Part shown: one piece after another, positions 7,737 through 17,155 of the stretch | Layout of the letters: each line of letters begins with the position of its first letter | Position numbering within the stretch: position 1 is the first letter of the stretch | Source of the DNA: an uncultured Bacillota bacterium | GTDB lineage: Bacteria; Sysuimicrobiota; Sysuimicrobiia; Sysuimicrobiales; Segetimicrobiaceae | Length of the DNA stretch: 64,000 bases | NCBI GenBank assembly: GCA_963804645.1 | Contig: CAWDRG010000009.1 | Span: forward strand, 1-64,000 | Direction: 5' to 3' | Position numbers and translations under genes: made by a program | Notes under the pieces: model-generated | Told to the model about the DNA's origin: nothing | The model's database searches: none | Seen by the model: the letters and a program-made list of their open reading frames with translations, nothing else

Positions 7737-8195
7737 CTATTGACCGTTCAGGTGCTCCGGCTGCGTCGGCTCTTCCATCTCATCATCCGTCGGAAGACCG
7801 TGGTCACCGTTTCGGCTCGCGCGCGCCGGTCGTGGAATTGCCTCAATCCGAGGCGTCCGCGCAGCCGCGCGGCTCCCCTGGCGCCGTACGCGGACCGCCT
7901 TCGGGCGACCATCTTTCCCGGGAGCGATCTCAAACGACACGGCATCGCCGGCCTCGAGCGACCGAAGACCGGTGCCTTCGATGTCGCTGAAGTGGACGAA
8001 AAAGTTTCGGTTCATCGCCTCGCACTCGATGAAGCCCCATCCATGCTCAAACCTGGATACCACACCGGTGTAGCGTGTGTCGTCTCCCGCCACGGCATCG
8101 CCGACCGTAACGCCCACCTGCGTAGCGTCGCCTACCCCAAGGTGCGCACACAGCGCGCGAAGCATTTGCTCAATACGGTCGATCTGAGTTGACAT
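7737..8195 (-). CDS. Cold-shock domain protein with N- and C-terminal extensions
   Basis: RNP1 GWGFI, RNP2 FFVHFSDI, and SLEAGDAVSFEI...GRPKAVRV; GGAGG RBS. Confidence 0.88.
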   Translation of the reverse strand: MSTQIDRIEQMLRALCAHLGVGDATQVGVTVGDAVAGDDTRYTGVVSRFEHGWGFIECEAMNRNFFVHFSDIEGTGLRSLEAGDAVSFEIAPGKDGRPKAVRVRRQGSRAAARTPRIEAIPRPARASRNGDHGLPTDDEMEEPTQPEHLNGQ

Positions 8196-8524
8196 ACTAT
8201 GACCTCCAACGGCGATGTTACATGCAAGGCAGTGCGTACGGGGATCGGGCGACTGGCGCGGCTTTCAATAAAATACTGCGGAATTCACGCCGACGCGCAC
8301 AGCATTCGTTCCCGATAACTATCGTACCCAGATCTGCCAAGTTTCACCCCCGTATTGTCCACAACAGGTCTTGTGGCGTCAAGGGTGAACTCTGGATCTC
8401 AAGAACGCCCAGCGCGCAAGAAAATTCACCACGCGTAGTGTCGAAGGGAATCTCCGGTTCCGCGGCGTACCTCATCGGCGGGCCCGGATCACCATTCAGG
8501 ATACGTGATGGGAGGTCGAGCGCA

Positions 8525-8761
8525 ATGTCAGACAAGGTGGATGTCTCGATCGAGTACTGCACGAGCTGAGGGTATCTCTCAAACGCCGTCCGTGTGACGG
8601 AAGAGCTACTCAAAGCAAAGGCCAGCGAAATTGCGACGCTTCGGTTGATTCCATCGTCCGGTGGCGTCTTCGAAGTCACCGCCGCCGGTCGGACGATCTT
8701 CTCAAAGAAGCAGACGGGACGCAAACCCGAGCCGGGCGAGGTGCTGGCCGCGTTTCCGTAG
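8525..8761 (+). CDS. Rdx-family (SelW/SelT/SelH-like) selenoprotein with CxxU motif
   Basis: MSDKVDVSIEYCTS-UGA(8567-8569)-GYLSNAVRVTEELL...LIPSSGGVFEV...IFSKK. Rdx similarity continues in frame after the UGA; GGAGGT RBS. Confidence 0.92.
8570..8605 (+). promoter_or_regulatory. Candidate bacterial SECIS element
   Basis: Hairpin CCGTC-CGTGT-GACGG (8586-8600) with a G-containing apical loop ~21 nt after the UGA, plus a lower CTCT/AGAG stem. Confidence 0.65.
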
Positions 8762-8790
8762 CGGGTCCGCGGCGCCGCCGCAGACCCGCT

Positions 8791-9405
8791 TCAGTACCAG
8801 GCCGCCGCGACGCTTTCGAGCTCGATGTCGACGCCCTGCCCGCGATCCACGAACACGCGCCATTCCGGCAGCACGCGGTTGACGTCGCCCACAACGGCCT
8901 GCGCGTTGCCGACACACCCATAGTTGACGCGCATGCCCGCGATCGCCGCGGTCGCTCCCGTCAAGAAGACGCAGCGAACGCCGTTCCGCAGCTCGAGCGC
9001 CCAGGGCAGGCCGCCTCCGATGTCGCCCTGGTTGGCCAAGTTGTCCGCAGGGGCGTTCGTGGGTGTCAAAAGTGTCACCCGCGATGTCCAAGGGGTCTCC
9101 GGACAGGCCATGACCACCTGCGTGCCCTGAAACCCTTCAAAGCAGGGGTCCAAGATGCGGTTGCCGGTCATGCAGCGCCATGCGTCATCGCGGGACTGAT
9201 CGGCCACCGACGAGGCGAAGCACGTCCCCGCCACCCGGCCGGTCACCTCGACCCCCGGCCGCAACGCACCGGGACCGAACGCGGCGTAGACGTGTATCGC
9301 CGTCGGACCGGCGGACTGCTGCGCGCGCAGCGGCGCGGATGGACCCGCGACCAACAACACCGTCGCCAAGAGCCCTGTGCTCACGTGCGCAATCACTCGC
9401 CGCAT
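8791..9405 (-). CDS. Secreted cysteine-rich hypothetical protein
   Basis: Signal peptide (MRRVIAH...LRAQQ) and multiple Cys (DAWRC, ILDPCF, RVNYGC). Confidence 0.75.
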   Translation of the reverse strand: MRRVIAHVSTGLLATVLLVAGPSAPLRAQQSAGPTAIHVYAAFGPGALRPGVEVTGRVAGTCFASSVADQSRDDAWRCMTGNRILDPCFEGFQGTQVVMACPETPWTSRVTLLTPTNAPADNLANQGDIGGGLPWALELRNGVRCVFLTGATAAIAGMRVNYGCVGNAQAVVGDVNRVLPEWRVFVDRGQGVDIELESVAAAWY

Positions 9406-9618
9406 TCGTGATGCTCCTGGGATCGCGCCATCCATCTCGAGTGCAGAATACGCGCGTCCCCCGGCCGTTTCCTCTTAATAATTAAATAATATAAGTGGAC
9501 ACGCGCAGACATCCGCGTGCGTTGATCGTACCGATCACGTCACGGGGCCGTGCACACATGTTCCCTCTTGCCAATCCCACCAGGACTCAACTAGACTGGT
9601 CAGAACACACACACCATT

Positions 9619-10677
9619 ATGCGCACGCGCATCGATCGACTCATTTGGATCCTCATCGGCCTCGTCCTCGTGCTCGTGGTCGGCGGCGTCATCGTCCTGC
9701 AGCAGTCTCAGCTGCACGCCGCCGCGCCGGCACCCGGGCAGGGATCCGCGCCGACCTCGCGCGAGGTCCTCGTCCCCGACCCGATTGACGGAGAGCCTGT
9801 GTCCACTCAGATCGCCGCCCGGCGGCCCATTGCGATCATGATCGACAACTTCCCGCAAGCTCGTCCTCAGTGGGGATTGTCGGCCGCGTCCCGCATCTAC
9901 GAAGCCATCACCGAAGGTGGAATCACGAGATACATGGCGGTCTTCAGCTGGCAGGACGCCGACCGCGTGGGACCGGTCCGGTCGGCCAGAACCCAGTACA
10001 TCGATTATGCCTTGGAACTCAACGCCAGCCTCGGCCACGTCGGCGGCAACGCCGATGCCCTCAGTGAGATCGGGCACCTGCCGGTAAAGGACCTCAACGA
10101 ATTTCGCTACGCCGATGGGTACCGCCGGATCCCGACGCCGCACGTCGCGTTCGAGCACACGATGTACACATCGACGCCGGTGCTGCGCTCCCTGATCGAT
10201 CAGCAGGGACGCGACGACGACGCGACCGCCTCCAAGCAGACGTGGAAGGACGACGCGCCGCCGTCGCAGCGTCCGGCCGAACAGCGCGTGCAACTCGACT
10301 TCTCGTCGGCCGAGTACGCCGTCGCCTGGGGCTACCGTCCCGCGACGAACGATTACGCGCGGATGCTCGCCGGGGTCCCTGATGTCGACGCGGCGACCGG
10401 ACATGTGCTGACGGCACAAACGATTGTCATCATCGTCGTCCCGCGAACGCACGGCCGGACGACGATCGGGGAGGACACCTGGACGTTTGCCGACCTCGGC
10501 TCCGGACCGGCGTGGGTGGTCCAGGACGGCGCCGTCGTCACGGGAACGTGGGACAAGCCATCGCGGACCGACCGGCTGCGCATCCTTGACGACACCGGCC
10601 GCGAGGTGGCGTTTAACCGCGGTCCTCAATGGGTCGAGATTATCCCTCCCGAGGTCACGCCGTCGTTCACGCCGTAG
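9619..10677 (+). CDS. DUF3048 (YerB-like) membrane-anchored protein
   Basis: RPIAIMIDN...ARPQWGL...EGGITR...GPVRSAR motifs. Confidence 0.9.
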   Translation: MRTRIDRLIWILIGLVLVLVVGGVIVLQQSQLHAAAPAPGQGSAPTSREVLVPDPIDGEPVSTQIAARRPIAIMIDNFPQARPQWGLSAASRIYEAITEGGITRYMAVFSWQDADRVGPVRSARTQYIDYALELNASLGHVGGNADALSEIGHLPVKDLNEFRYADGYRRIPTPHVAFEHTMYTSTPVLRSLIDQQGRDDDATASKQTWKDDAPPSQRPAEQRVQLDFSSAEYAVAWGYRPATNDYARMLAGVPDVDAATGHVLTAQTIVIIVVPRTHGRTTIGEDTWTFADLGSGPAWVVQDGAVVTGTWDKPSRTDRLRILDDTGREVAFNRGPQWVEIIPPEVTPSFTP

Positions 10678-10715
10678 GCGCCCGAGCGTCACCGCAGGCC
10701 GAGCGGCGGGTGAAC

Positions 10716-11252
10716 TCAGCGGGATCCGCGCCCGGGAGTCTCCGCGCGAAAACGCTCCCACGACTCGATGATCGTACGGTGCGCCTCCTCCCGATCTAAC
10801 CAGCCGCCGACCGTCACGGACTTCCCTTCGAGGTGCTTGTAGGTCTCGAAGAAGTGTTGAATCTCGCGGCGCGTGTGGTCGTTGACGTCGTGGATCGTCC
10901 GCATATCGGCCACGCGTGTGTCTCGAACCGCCACGCCGATGATCTTCGAGTCCCGCCCCGCCTGGTCGCGCATGTCCAGGATGCCCACGGGCGCGACCTC
11001 GAGCACGCAGCCCGGAAACGTCGGCTGAGAAATGAGCACCAGGATATCGAGATGGTCCCCATCCGGCGATCGCGTCTGCGGAATAAACCCGTAATCGGTC
11101 GGATAGTAGACCGGGGAGAACAGCACGCGGTCGAGGCGGATGACCTCGAGGACCTCGTCGTACTCGTACTTGTTGCTCAACCCTTTCGGGATCTCAACGA
11201 TAGTGTTCACGACCTCGGGGACGCGATCGCCGATCGGCACGCGGGACAGCAC
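10716..11252 (-). CDS. ppa: Soluble inorganic pyrophosphatase (family I); start approximate
   Basis: EIPKG..NKYEYD, YPTDYGFIP, DGDHLD, HFFETYK. Confidence 0.95.
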   Translation of the reverse strand: MLSRVPIGDRVPEVVNTIVEIPKGLSNKYEYDEVLEVIRLDRVLFSPVYYPTDYGFIPQTRSPDGDHLDILVLISQPTFPGCVLEVAPVGILDMRDQAGRDSKIIGVAVRDTRVADMRTIHDVNDHTRREIQHFFETYKHLEGKSVTVGGWLDREEAHRTIIESWERFRAETPGRGSR

Positions 11253-11413
11253 GGAACACCTCGGTGGCGGCACAGACGTTGTCGAAGGGGTTCGCCTCGC
11301 GCACCCGCGCTCCCCGCCGCCAGGCGAGCGCGGTGGCCGCGCCCGACAGCGCCACGAGCGATCCTACCCAGAGTCCCGGAGCGCCACGAACCGGTTCCGC
11401 GCGCGGGCGCCGG

Positions 11414-12409
11414 TCAGGACGTCGCCCCCACGAGCAGCGCGGCCGCTCCGTGGAGGTCGCCGGCTCGGAGCGTCTCGAGGGCCAGGTTCGCGGCCTCGAG
11501 AGGGAACGACCGCACCGTGGTGCGCACGGGGATCGTCGGCGCCAGCGCGAGGAACTCCTCGGCGTCGAGGCGCGTGAGGTTGGCGACCGAGCGGAGCACT
11601 CGTTCCCCCCACAGAATTTCGTACGGAAACGCGGGGATGTCACTCATGTGAATGCCGCCGCACACGACGACGCCGCCTTTCGCGACCGCGCGCAAGGCGG
11701 CCGGTACCAGGGCGCCGACGGGCGCAAAGATGATCGCGGCGTCCAGCGGGCGGGGCGGCGCCTGCGAGGAATCGCCCGCCCACACGGCGCCCAGCGACCG
11801 CGCAAAATCCTGCGCGGCCGCGTCGCCGGGGCTCGTGAACGCATAGACACGACGGCCCTGGTGTCGGGCGACTTGGGCGACGATGTGCGCGGCGGCGCCG
11901 AACCCATACAACCCGAGGTCCTCGCCTTCCCCGGCGAGCTTGAGACACCGGTAGCCGATCAGCCCAGCGCACAGCAGCGGGGCCGCTTGCAGATCCGCGT
12001 ACCCCGCGGGCAGCGGGAAGCAGAAGCGCTGGTCGGCCGCGGTGTACTCGGCGTAGCCGCCGTCGATCTGATACCCGGTAAATCTGGCCGCGTCGCACAG
12101 GTTCTCACGGCCCGATCGGCAGTAGCGGCAGCGCCCGCAGGTCCATCCCAACCACGGCACGCCCACGCGGTCGCCGACGGCAAACCGTTCCACCGCCTGG
12201 CCAACCGCGGCGACGGTGCCGACGATCTGATGCCCCGGCACGAGCGGAATCTTGGGATTGGGAAGCTCGCCGTCCACGAGATGCAGATCCGTTCGGCAGA
12301 CGCCGCACACCTGGACCCGGATCAACAGCTGCTCGGGACCGGGAGACGGAACCGGCCAGTCGACCGATCGCAAGGGAGCGCCAGGAGTCTCGAAGACCAT
12401 CGCGCGCAT
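11414..12409 (-). CDS. Zinc-dependent alcohol dehydrogenase family protein
   Basis: CGVCRTDLH, PGHQIVG, CGRCRYC..GRENLC, GLYGFG. Confidence 0.93.
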   Translation of the reverse strand: MRAMVFETPGAPLRSVDWPVPSPGPEQLLIRVQVCGVCRTDLHLVDGELPNPKIPLVPGHQIVGTVAAVGQAVERFAVGDRVGVPWLGWTCGRCRYCRSGRENLCDAARFTGYQIDGGYAEYTAADQRFCFPLPAGYADLQAAPLLCAGLIGYRCLKLAGEGEDLGLYGFGAAAHIVAQVARHQGRRVYAFTSPGDAAAQDFARSLGAVWAGDSSQAPPRPLDAAIIFAPVGALVPAALRAVAKGGVVVCGGIHMSDIPAFPYEILWGERVLRSVANLTRLDAEEFLALAPTIPVRTTVRSFPLEAANLALETLRAGDLHGAAALLVGATS

Positions 12410-12568
12410 GCGTGCTCACCGCCCGCGGGGCGCCGGCTGCGCCGGCCGCCGAGATACTGTTTCCGCCGCGCCCGATCGCGGCACCTGCTGCGTCGACGAA
12501 CGCTCAGGAAGCGGCGCCGCCCGGCCGCCGGCAGGCGTCGCTGCGAGCGGCCCGAAGGTAGCAACACC

Positions 12569-13486
12569 ATGGTGCGCGTCTGCGTGGTCGGCAGTCTGAA
12601 CATGGACCTCGTGGTCAAAACGTCCCGGCTGCCGCGGGTCGGCGAAACCGTATCCGGCGGCACGTTCTCGACGTTTCCGGGCGGCAAGGGCGCGAACCAA
12701 GCGGTGGCTGCGGCGCGCCTCGGGGCCGCGGTGGCCATGGTCGGGCGCGTCGGATCGGACGCATTCGGGCGCCAGCTCGTGCACGGCCTCACGCGCGACG
12801 GCATCGATGCGGCGCACGTGCAGGCGGACACTGAGGCGGCCACGGGCGTGGCGTTCATCGGGGTCGACGAGGACGGAGGCAATATGATCATGGTCGCGCC
12901 GGGTGCCAACGAGCGCGTGCGGCCGGCAGACGTGGACGCGGCTCGGGACGCGATCGCCAGTGCGCGCATCCTGCTCCTGCAGTTGGAGGTGCCCGTCGAC
13001 GCGGCGCTGCGCGCCGCCTCGATTGCCAAAGCGGCCGGCGGCCTGGTGTGTCTCGATCCCGCTCCGGCGGCGCCCATTCCCGAGGCCCTGTACGCGCGCC
13101 TCGACGCGATCACCCCGAATGAGCTCGAGGCGCAGACGCTGACCGGCGTGGAAATCCGCTCGATCGCAGACGCGGAGCGTGCCGCCGCCGTGCTGCGGGA
13201 GCGGGGCCCGCAGATCGTGGTGGTCAAACTGGGATCCCGGGGCGCGTTCTATCTCGCGCCGAACGAGCGCGCGCACGTTCCGGCGATCTCAACGCGCGCG
13301 GTCGACACCACGGCAGCGGGCGACGCCTTCACCGCCGGGATGGGAGTCGCGCTCGGCGAGGGGCGAACGGTCGCCGACGCCGTGGTGTTCGCGACCCGCG
13401 TCGCGGGAATCAAGGTGACCCGATTGGGCGCACAGGCGGGGATGCCGACACGCGCCGAGGTGGACGGCACCGCGGACCGGCCGTGA
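12569..13486 (+). CDS. rbsK: Ribokinase
   Basis: VVGSLNMDLV, PGGKGANQAVA, DTTAAGDAF. Confidence 0.93.
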   Translation: MVRVCVVGSLNMDLVVKTSRLPRVGETVSGGTFSTFPGGKGANQAVAAARLGAAVAMVGRVGSDAFGRQLVHGLTRDGIDAAHVQADTEAATGVAFIGVDEDGGNMIMVAPGANERVRPADVDAARDAIASARILLLQLEVPVDAALRAASIAKAAGGLVCLDPAPAAPIPEALYARLDAITPNELEAQTLTGVEIRSIADAERAAAVLRERGPQIVVVKLGSRGAFYLAPNERAHVPAISTRAVDTTAAGDAFTAGMGVALGEGRTVADAVVFATRVAGIKVTRLGAQAGMPTRAEVDGTADRP

Positions 13487-13596
13487 CCATCCGCCGCCAA
13501 CCGCACCGCGCGAGTCGCGCCGAGAGGCAGGAAGGAACGTCGCACCATACCTGGAAGTCCGGAGCGGGCTCAAACTCGGCGTTCGGGAGGCGTGCG

Positions 13597-14007
13597 GTGG
13601 CACACGAGAACCGAGCGAGCGCACGCGACTTTGCGTTTCTCTGCCTCAGGATCGGTTTGGGGGCGTTCTTCCTGCGGGCCGGGTGGGCAAAGGTCGAGCA
13701 CATCTCGGGGGTCGTCGGGCTGTGGCAGAGGCTGCACCTGCCGCTGCCCGGATTCTTCGGGCCGATCCACGCCGCGGTGGAATTCGGCGGGGCCCTCCTC
13801 ATCCTGCTCGGCCTGTTCACCCGTCCCGCCGCGATCTTGTTGGCCGTGGACATGTTGGGTGCGCTGTTCCTCGTCAAGATTCACACGCCGACATTTTTCA
13901 GCCAGGAGTGGCTCGCGTTCTGGATCAGCCTCGCGCTCCTGCTGGGAGGCGCGGGGACGTGCTCCCTGGACGCGATGCGCCATCGGAATAGCAGAGGCGC
14001 CGGGTAA
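13597..14007 (+). CDS. DoxX family membrane protein
   Basis: LRIGLGAFF...EFGGALLILLGLFTR...GAGTCSLD; GGGAGG RBS before the GTG. Confidence 0.88.
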   Translation: MAHENRASARDFAFLCLRIGLGAFFLRAGWAKVEHISGVVGLWQRLHLPLPGFFGPIHAAVEFGGALLILLGLFTRPAAILLAVDMLGALFLVKIHTPTFFSQEWLAFWISLALLLGGAGTCSLDAMRHRNSRGAG

Positions 14008-14123
14008 CACCGTCCGTGCACGCGGGGCTCGAGCGACACCGGTACCCGGCGCGCTGCTCCGGTGACGGCTGGAAGCGGCAGAACAAGAGCATAACAGAGG
14101 CGGGCACAACACATCGTGAGAGA

Positions 14124-14199
14124 TGGCGCGCCCGGAGGGATTTGAACCCCCGACCTACGGATCCGTAGTCCGACGCTCTATCCGCTGAGCTACGGGCGC
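14124..14199 (-). tRNA. tRNA-Arg (anticodon ACG)
   Basis: GCGCCCG TAGCTCAGCGGATAGAGC G TCGGA CTACGGA TCCGT AGGTC GGGGG TTCAAAT CCCTC CGGGCGC GCCA. Confidence 0.96.
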
Positions 14200-14424
14200 G
14201 TACAAGCAACCGACAGCGTCCCCATAGTAGCAGATCGTGCGCCCTTTCTCTAGACGCTTGACCCGCGGCCGACCGCAGGGTGAACCGGATCGCGGGAATA
14301 TCGAACCTGCGGGCGCTCGTTGGCCACAACAGCGTGCCGGGCGGCGTGATCGGAATCGCCGTCGATGGAGAGGATGCATCGAGGGGATATGATGGATAGG
14401 CGGGTCGAACGAGGAGGGACAATC

Positions 14425-14982
14425 GTGCGGCGGATCATCGGGACGGGCGTAATGCTGCTGTTCGTCGCGTGGGCGGGAACCGCGGCGCTCGCACAGGGGA
14501 CGGCGGCGGCCGGAACGACTGGTGCCATCTCCCCTGGGCAGGCGATCGGTTCATTTCATCTCGGGCAAGACGTCACCCAAGTCGTGACGTCGCTCGGCCC
14601 GATCCATTCCGAGGACGACATCCCTGGCAGCAGCCTGACGGGCTACTACTGGCCGCTTAAGCGCATCGGCGCGATCGCCGACAAGACGACGAACAAGGTG
14701 GTCGCGCTCATCGTCTCCCTTGACGACGGTTATCGCACGGACAAGGGTGTGAGCGCCGGCACCGATATGGACGCGGTCCGCAGCGCGTACGGGAAAGAGG
14801 ACAGCGTGGACAGTCACGAGGACGACGACACGCTGGTCTACGACACCCTCGGGGTCGCCTTTCTCGTCGACAAGTCGGGTGCGCTGGGCAGCCGCGTCTC
14901 GGCGATTTTCGTCTTTGGCTCCGGCCAATACAAGAACATCTTCGAACAGGACGACAGCTCAGACGACAACAGCGGCAGCTGA
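14425..14982 (+). CDS. Secreted acidic hypothetical protein
   Basis: GAGGAGG RBS, signal peptide ending ALAQ, Asp-rich mature region. Confidence 0.75.
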   Translation: MRRIIGTGVMLLFVAWAGTAALAQGTAAAGTTGAISPGQAIGSFHLGQDVTQVVTSLGPIHSEDDIPGSSLTGYYWPLKRIGAIADKTTNKVVALIVSLDDGYRTDKGVSAGTDMDAVRSAYGKEDSVDSHEDDDTLVYDTLGVAFLVDKSGALGSRVSAIFVFGSGQYKNIFEQDDSSDDNSGS

Positions 14983-15003
14983 CCGCCGCGTCCGGTGAGG
15001 ACT

Positions 15004-15038
15004 GGCGACGCCCGCGGAAACCTCCCGCGGGCGTCGCC
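15004..15038. terminator. Perfect 14-bp GC hairpin between convergent genes
   Basis: GGCGACGCCCGCGG-AAACCTC-CCGCGGGCGTCGCC; no U-tract. Confidence 0.55.
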
Positions 15039-15174
15039 GTTCCAGGCGTGACGGGGCTCACCCGTGCGTACGGCCTCCTGCCCCCGCACCCGGCCGCCTG
15101 CGCGCCCGAGAGATCGCATCCTCGTTCCGCCGAGCACACCGAGACGCACGACCGATGCCCCCGCGCGGGCGGAG

Positions 15175-16071
15175 CTATCGCGAGCCGACGTCGAGCGCGT
15201 CACGGAGCGCGTCGCCCACAAAGAACACGGCGACGACCGTCAGCGTGACGATGGCACCGGGAGCGATCACGAGCACCGGGTTGGAGGTCAGGTAGTCTTC
15301 GGCTTGCGTCATGAGGTTGCCCCACGTGGGGATGTCCGGGGGCAGGCCGAAGCCGAGAAAATCGAGCGCGGCCTCCGCCAGCATCGCGCCCGCGACCGCG
15401 AACGCCGCCTGCACCAAGACCGGCGCCATCGCGTTCGGCAGAATGTGGCGGAAGACCACCCGGCGCACGCCCGCGCCGCTCGCACGGGCCGCCTCCACGA
15501 ACTCGTGCGCCCGAAGGGACAGATACTCCGCGCGCACGATCCGTGCCAAACCGGTCCAGCCGAACAGTCCTAAGTACCCCACCATCATCAGCACCGGGGC
15601 GCGCCCGCCGGTCCAGTTGAGAAGGATCAACAGCAGAAAGATCGCTGGAAAGCTCAACACGAGATCGACCAACCGCATGATGACGGTATCCACCCAGCCG
15701 CCGAGATAGCCCGCGAGGGACCCGAGCGCGACCCCGATGAGGCTGCCGAGGAGCATGGCGGTCACCCCGACGAGGAGGCTCACGCGCCCGCCGTACAGCA
15801 CGCGCGCCAGCTCGTCCCGCCCGAGATCGTCCGTGCCGAGCGGATGCCGCAGGTCCGGGTGCAGGAAGCTGTGATCGGGATCCAACGCCGTGGGGTTGTA
15901 GGACGTGAGCATCGGCGCGCACACCGCACTGGCGACCACCACCGCCAACGCCGCGATCCCGAACACCGCCATCCGGTGCCGCCGAAACCGCCTCCACGCG
16001 AGGCTCCACGATCCATAGCCCCGCGCCGCGGGCTGACGCGGCGCGTCGGCGACTCCCGCGCGGGTAATCAT
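15175..16071 (-). CDS. Peptide/nickel ABC transporter permease (DppC/OppC-like)
   Basis: HPLGTDDLGRD, EFVEAARASGA, PTWGNL. Confidence 0.93.
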   Translation of the reverse strand: MITRAGVADAPRQPAARGYGSWSLAWRRFRRHRMAVFGIAALAVVVASAVCAPMLTSYNPTALDPDHSFLHPDLRHPLGTDDLGRDELARVLYGGRVSLLVGVTAMLLGSLIGVALGSLAGYLGGWVDTVIMRLVDLVLSFPAIFLLLILLNWTGGRAPVLMMVGYLGLFGWTGLARIVRAEYLSLRAHEFVEAARASGAGVRRVVFRHILPNAMAPVLVQAAFAVAGAMLAEAALDFLGFGLPPDIPTWGNLMTQAEDYLTSNPVLVIAPGAIVTLTVVAVFFVGDALRDALDVGSR

Positions 16072-16157
16072 CGGCGGTGAGCCCGGCGGGCCTCGGACCG
16101 CGCCCCGGGGCCTTGTTCGAGTCCCGCGCGCTCCCCGAGCGGCCGGCGCCCGCTCAT

Positions 16158-17108
16158 CTACGCGTACCGGATCCGCGGATCGAGCGCCGCGTAGGCGAGA
16201 TCGGCGAGTAGGTTGCCGAACACGAGCAGCGCCGCGCTGAGCAGCAACCCGGCCATCTGCACCGGGTAATCGCGGTTGTTGAGCGCCTCAAGGAAGAGCC
16301 GCCCCATCCCCGGCCACCCGAAGATCGATTCGGTGATCACCGCGCCGCCGAACAGCGCGGGGAGCTCGAGGCCGATGAGCGTCACCACCGGGATCAGGGA
16401 GTTGCGCACGATGTGGCGGGAGAGCACGCGGGCTCCGGGCAGGCCCTTCGCGCGGGCCGTTCGGACATAGTCGCGCGAGAGCACCTCGAGCACGCTGCTC
16501 CGAAGATACCGGCTCCAGCTCGCGATCGCGCCCAATCCGAGCACCACGGCGGGCATCACCAGATGGCGCAGCAGGTCCGCCGCGGAGGCATCGCCGATCT
16601 CGTGCATGCCCGCGACGGGAAGCAGCCGCAGGTGCACCGCGAGCACGAGCTGGAGCATCAACCCGAACCAGAACGTGGGCATCGCCCACGCGAAGAACGA
16701 CCCGAACGACAGCAGATTGTCGCCCCACGTGTATTTGTGCGTCGCGGCGAAGATGCCGAGCGGAAACGACAGGCCGAGCGCGAGCGCAAACGCGCTCAGC
16801 ATGAGGACGATCGTGGCCGGCAGCCGCTCGCCGATCATCGCGAGCACCGGCCGGCCCGTATAGTACGAGTCCCCCCACTGTCCCCGCACGATCGCCCCGA
16901 GCCAGGTCAGATACCGCGCGTACCACGGTCGATCGAGGCCGAGCTGATGCCGCAGGACCACGATGCGGTCGGGGGTGACCTGAGGGTTATGCAGGTAGAC
17001 CGCGAGCGGCCCCCCCGGAGCGACGTTCATGATCGCGTAGCTGACGCACGACACCAGGAGCAGCAGCACCGCCGCCTGCACCGCCCGGCTCGCGACATAG
17101 CCGCCCAT
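16158..17108 (-). CDS. Peptide/nickel ABC transporter permease (DppB/OppB-like)
   Basis: DYVRTARAKGL, ITESIFGWPGMG, LDPRIRY. Confidence 0.93.
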   Translation of the reverse strand: MGGYVASRAVQAAVLLLLVSCVSYAIMNVAPGGPLAVYLHNPQVTPDRIVVLRHQLGLDRPWYARYLTWLGAIVRGQWGDSYYTGRPVLAMIGERLPATIVLMLSAFALALGLSFPLGIFAATHKYTWGDNLLSFGSFFAWAMPTFWFGLMLQLVLAVHLRLLPVAGMHEIGDASAADLLRHLVMPAVVLGLGAIASWSRYLRSSVLEVLSRDYVRTARAKGLPGARVLSRHIVRNSLIPVVTLIGLELPALFGGAVITESIFGWPGMGRLFLEALNNRDYPVQMAGLLLSAALLVFGNLLADLAYAALDPRIRYA

Positions 17109-17155
17109 CAGGCCCTATCCGCCGCGCCCAGGGGGATGGGACCGCGGCAGTCCCG

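Noticed and set aside
8355..8363. Single DnaA-box-like TTGTCCACA
   Set aside because: An isolated 9-mer is expected by chance.
16108..16137. GTTCGAGTCCC T-loop-like motif
   Set aside because: No T-stem pairing or cloverleaf.
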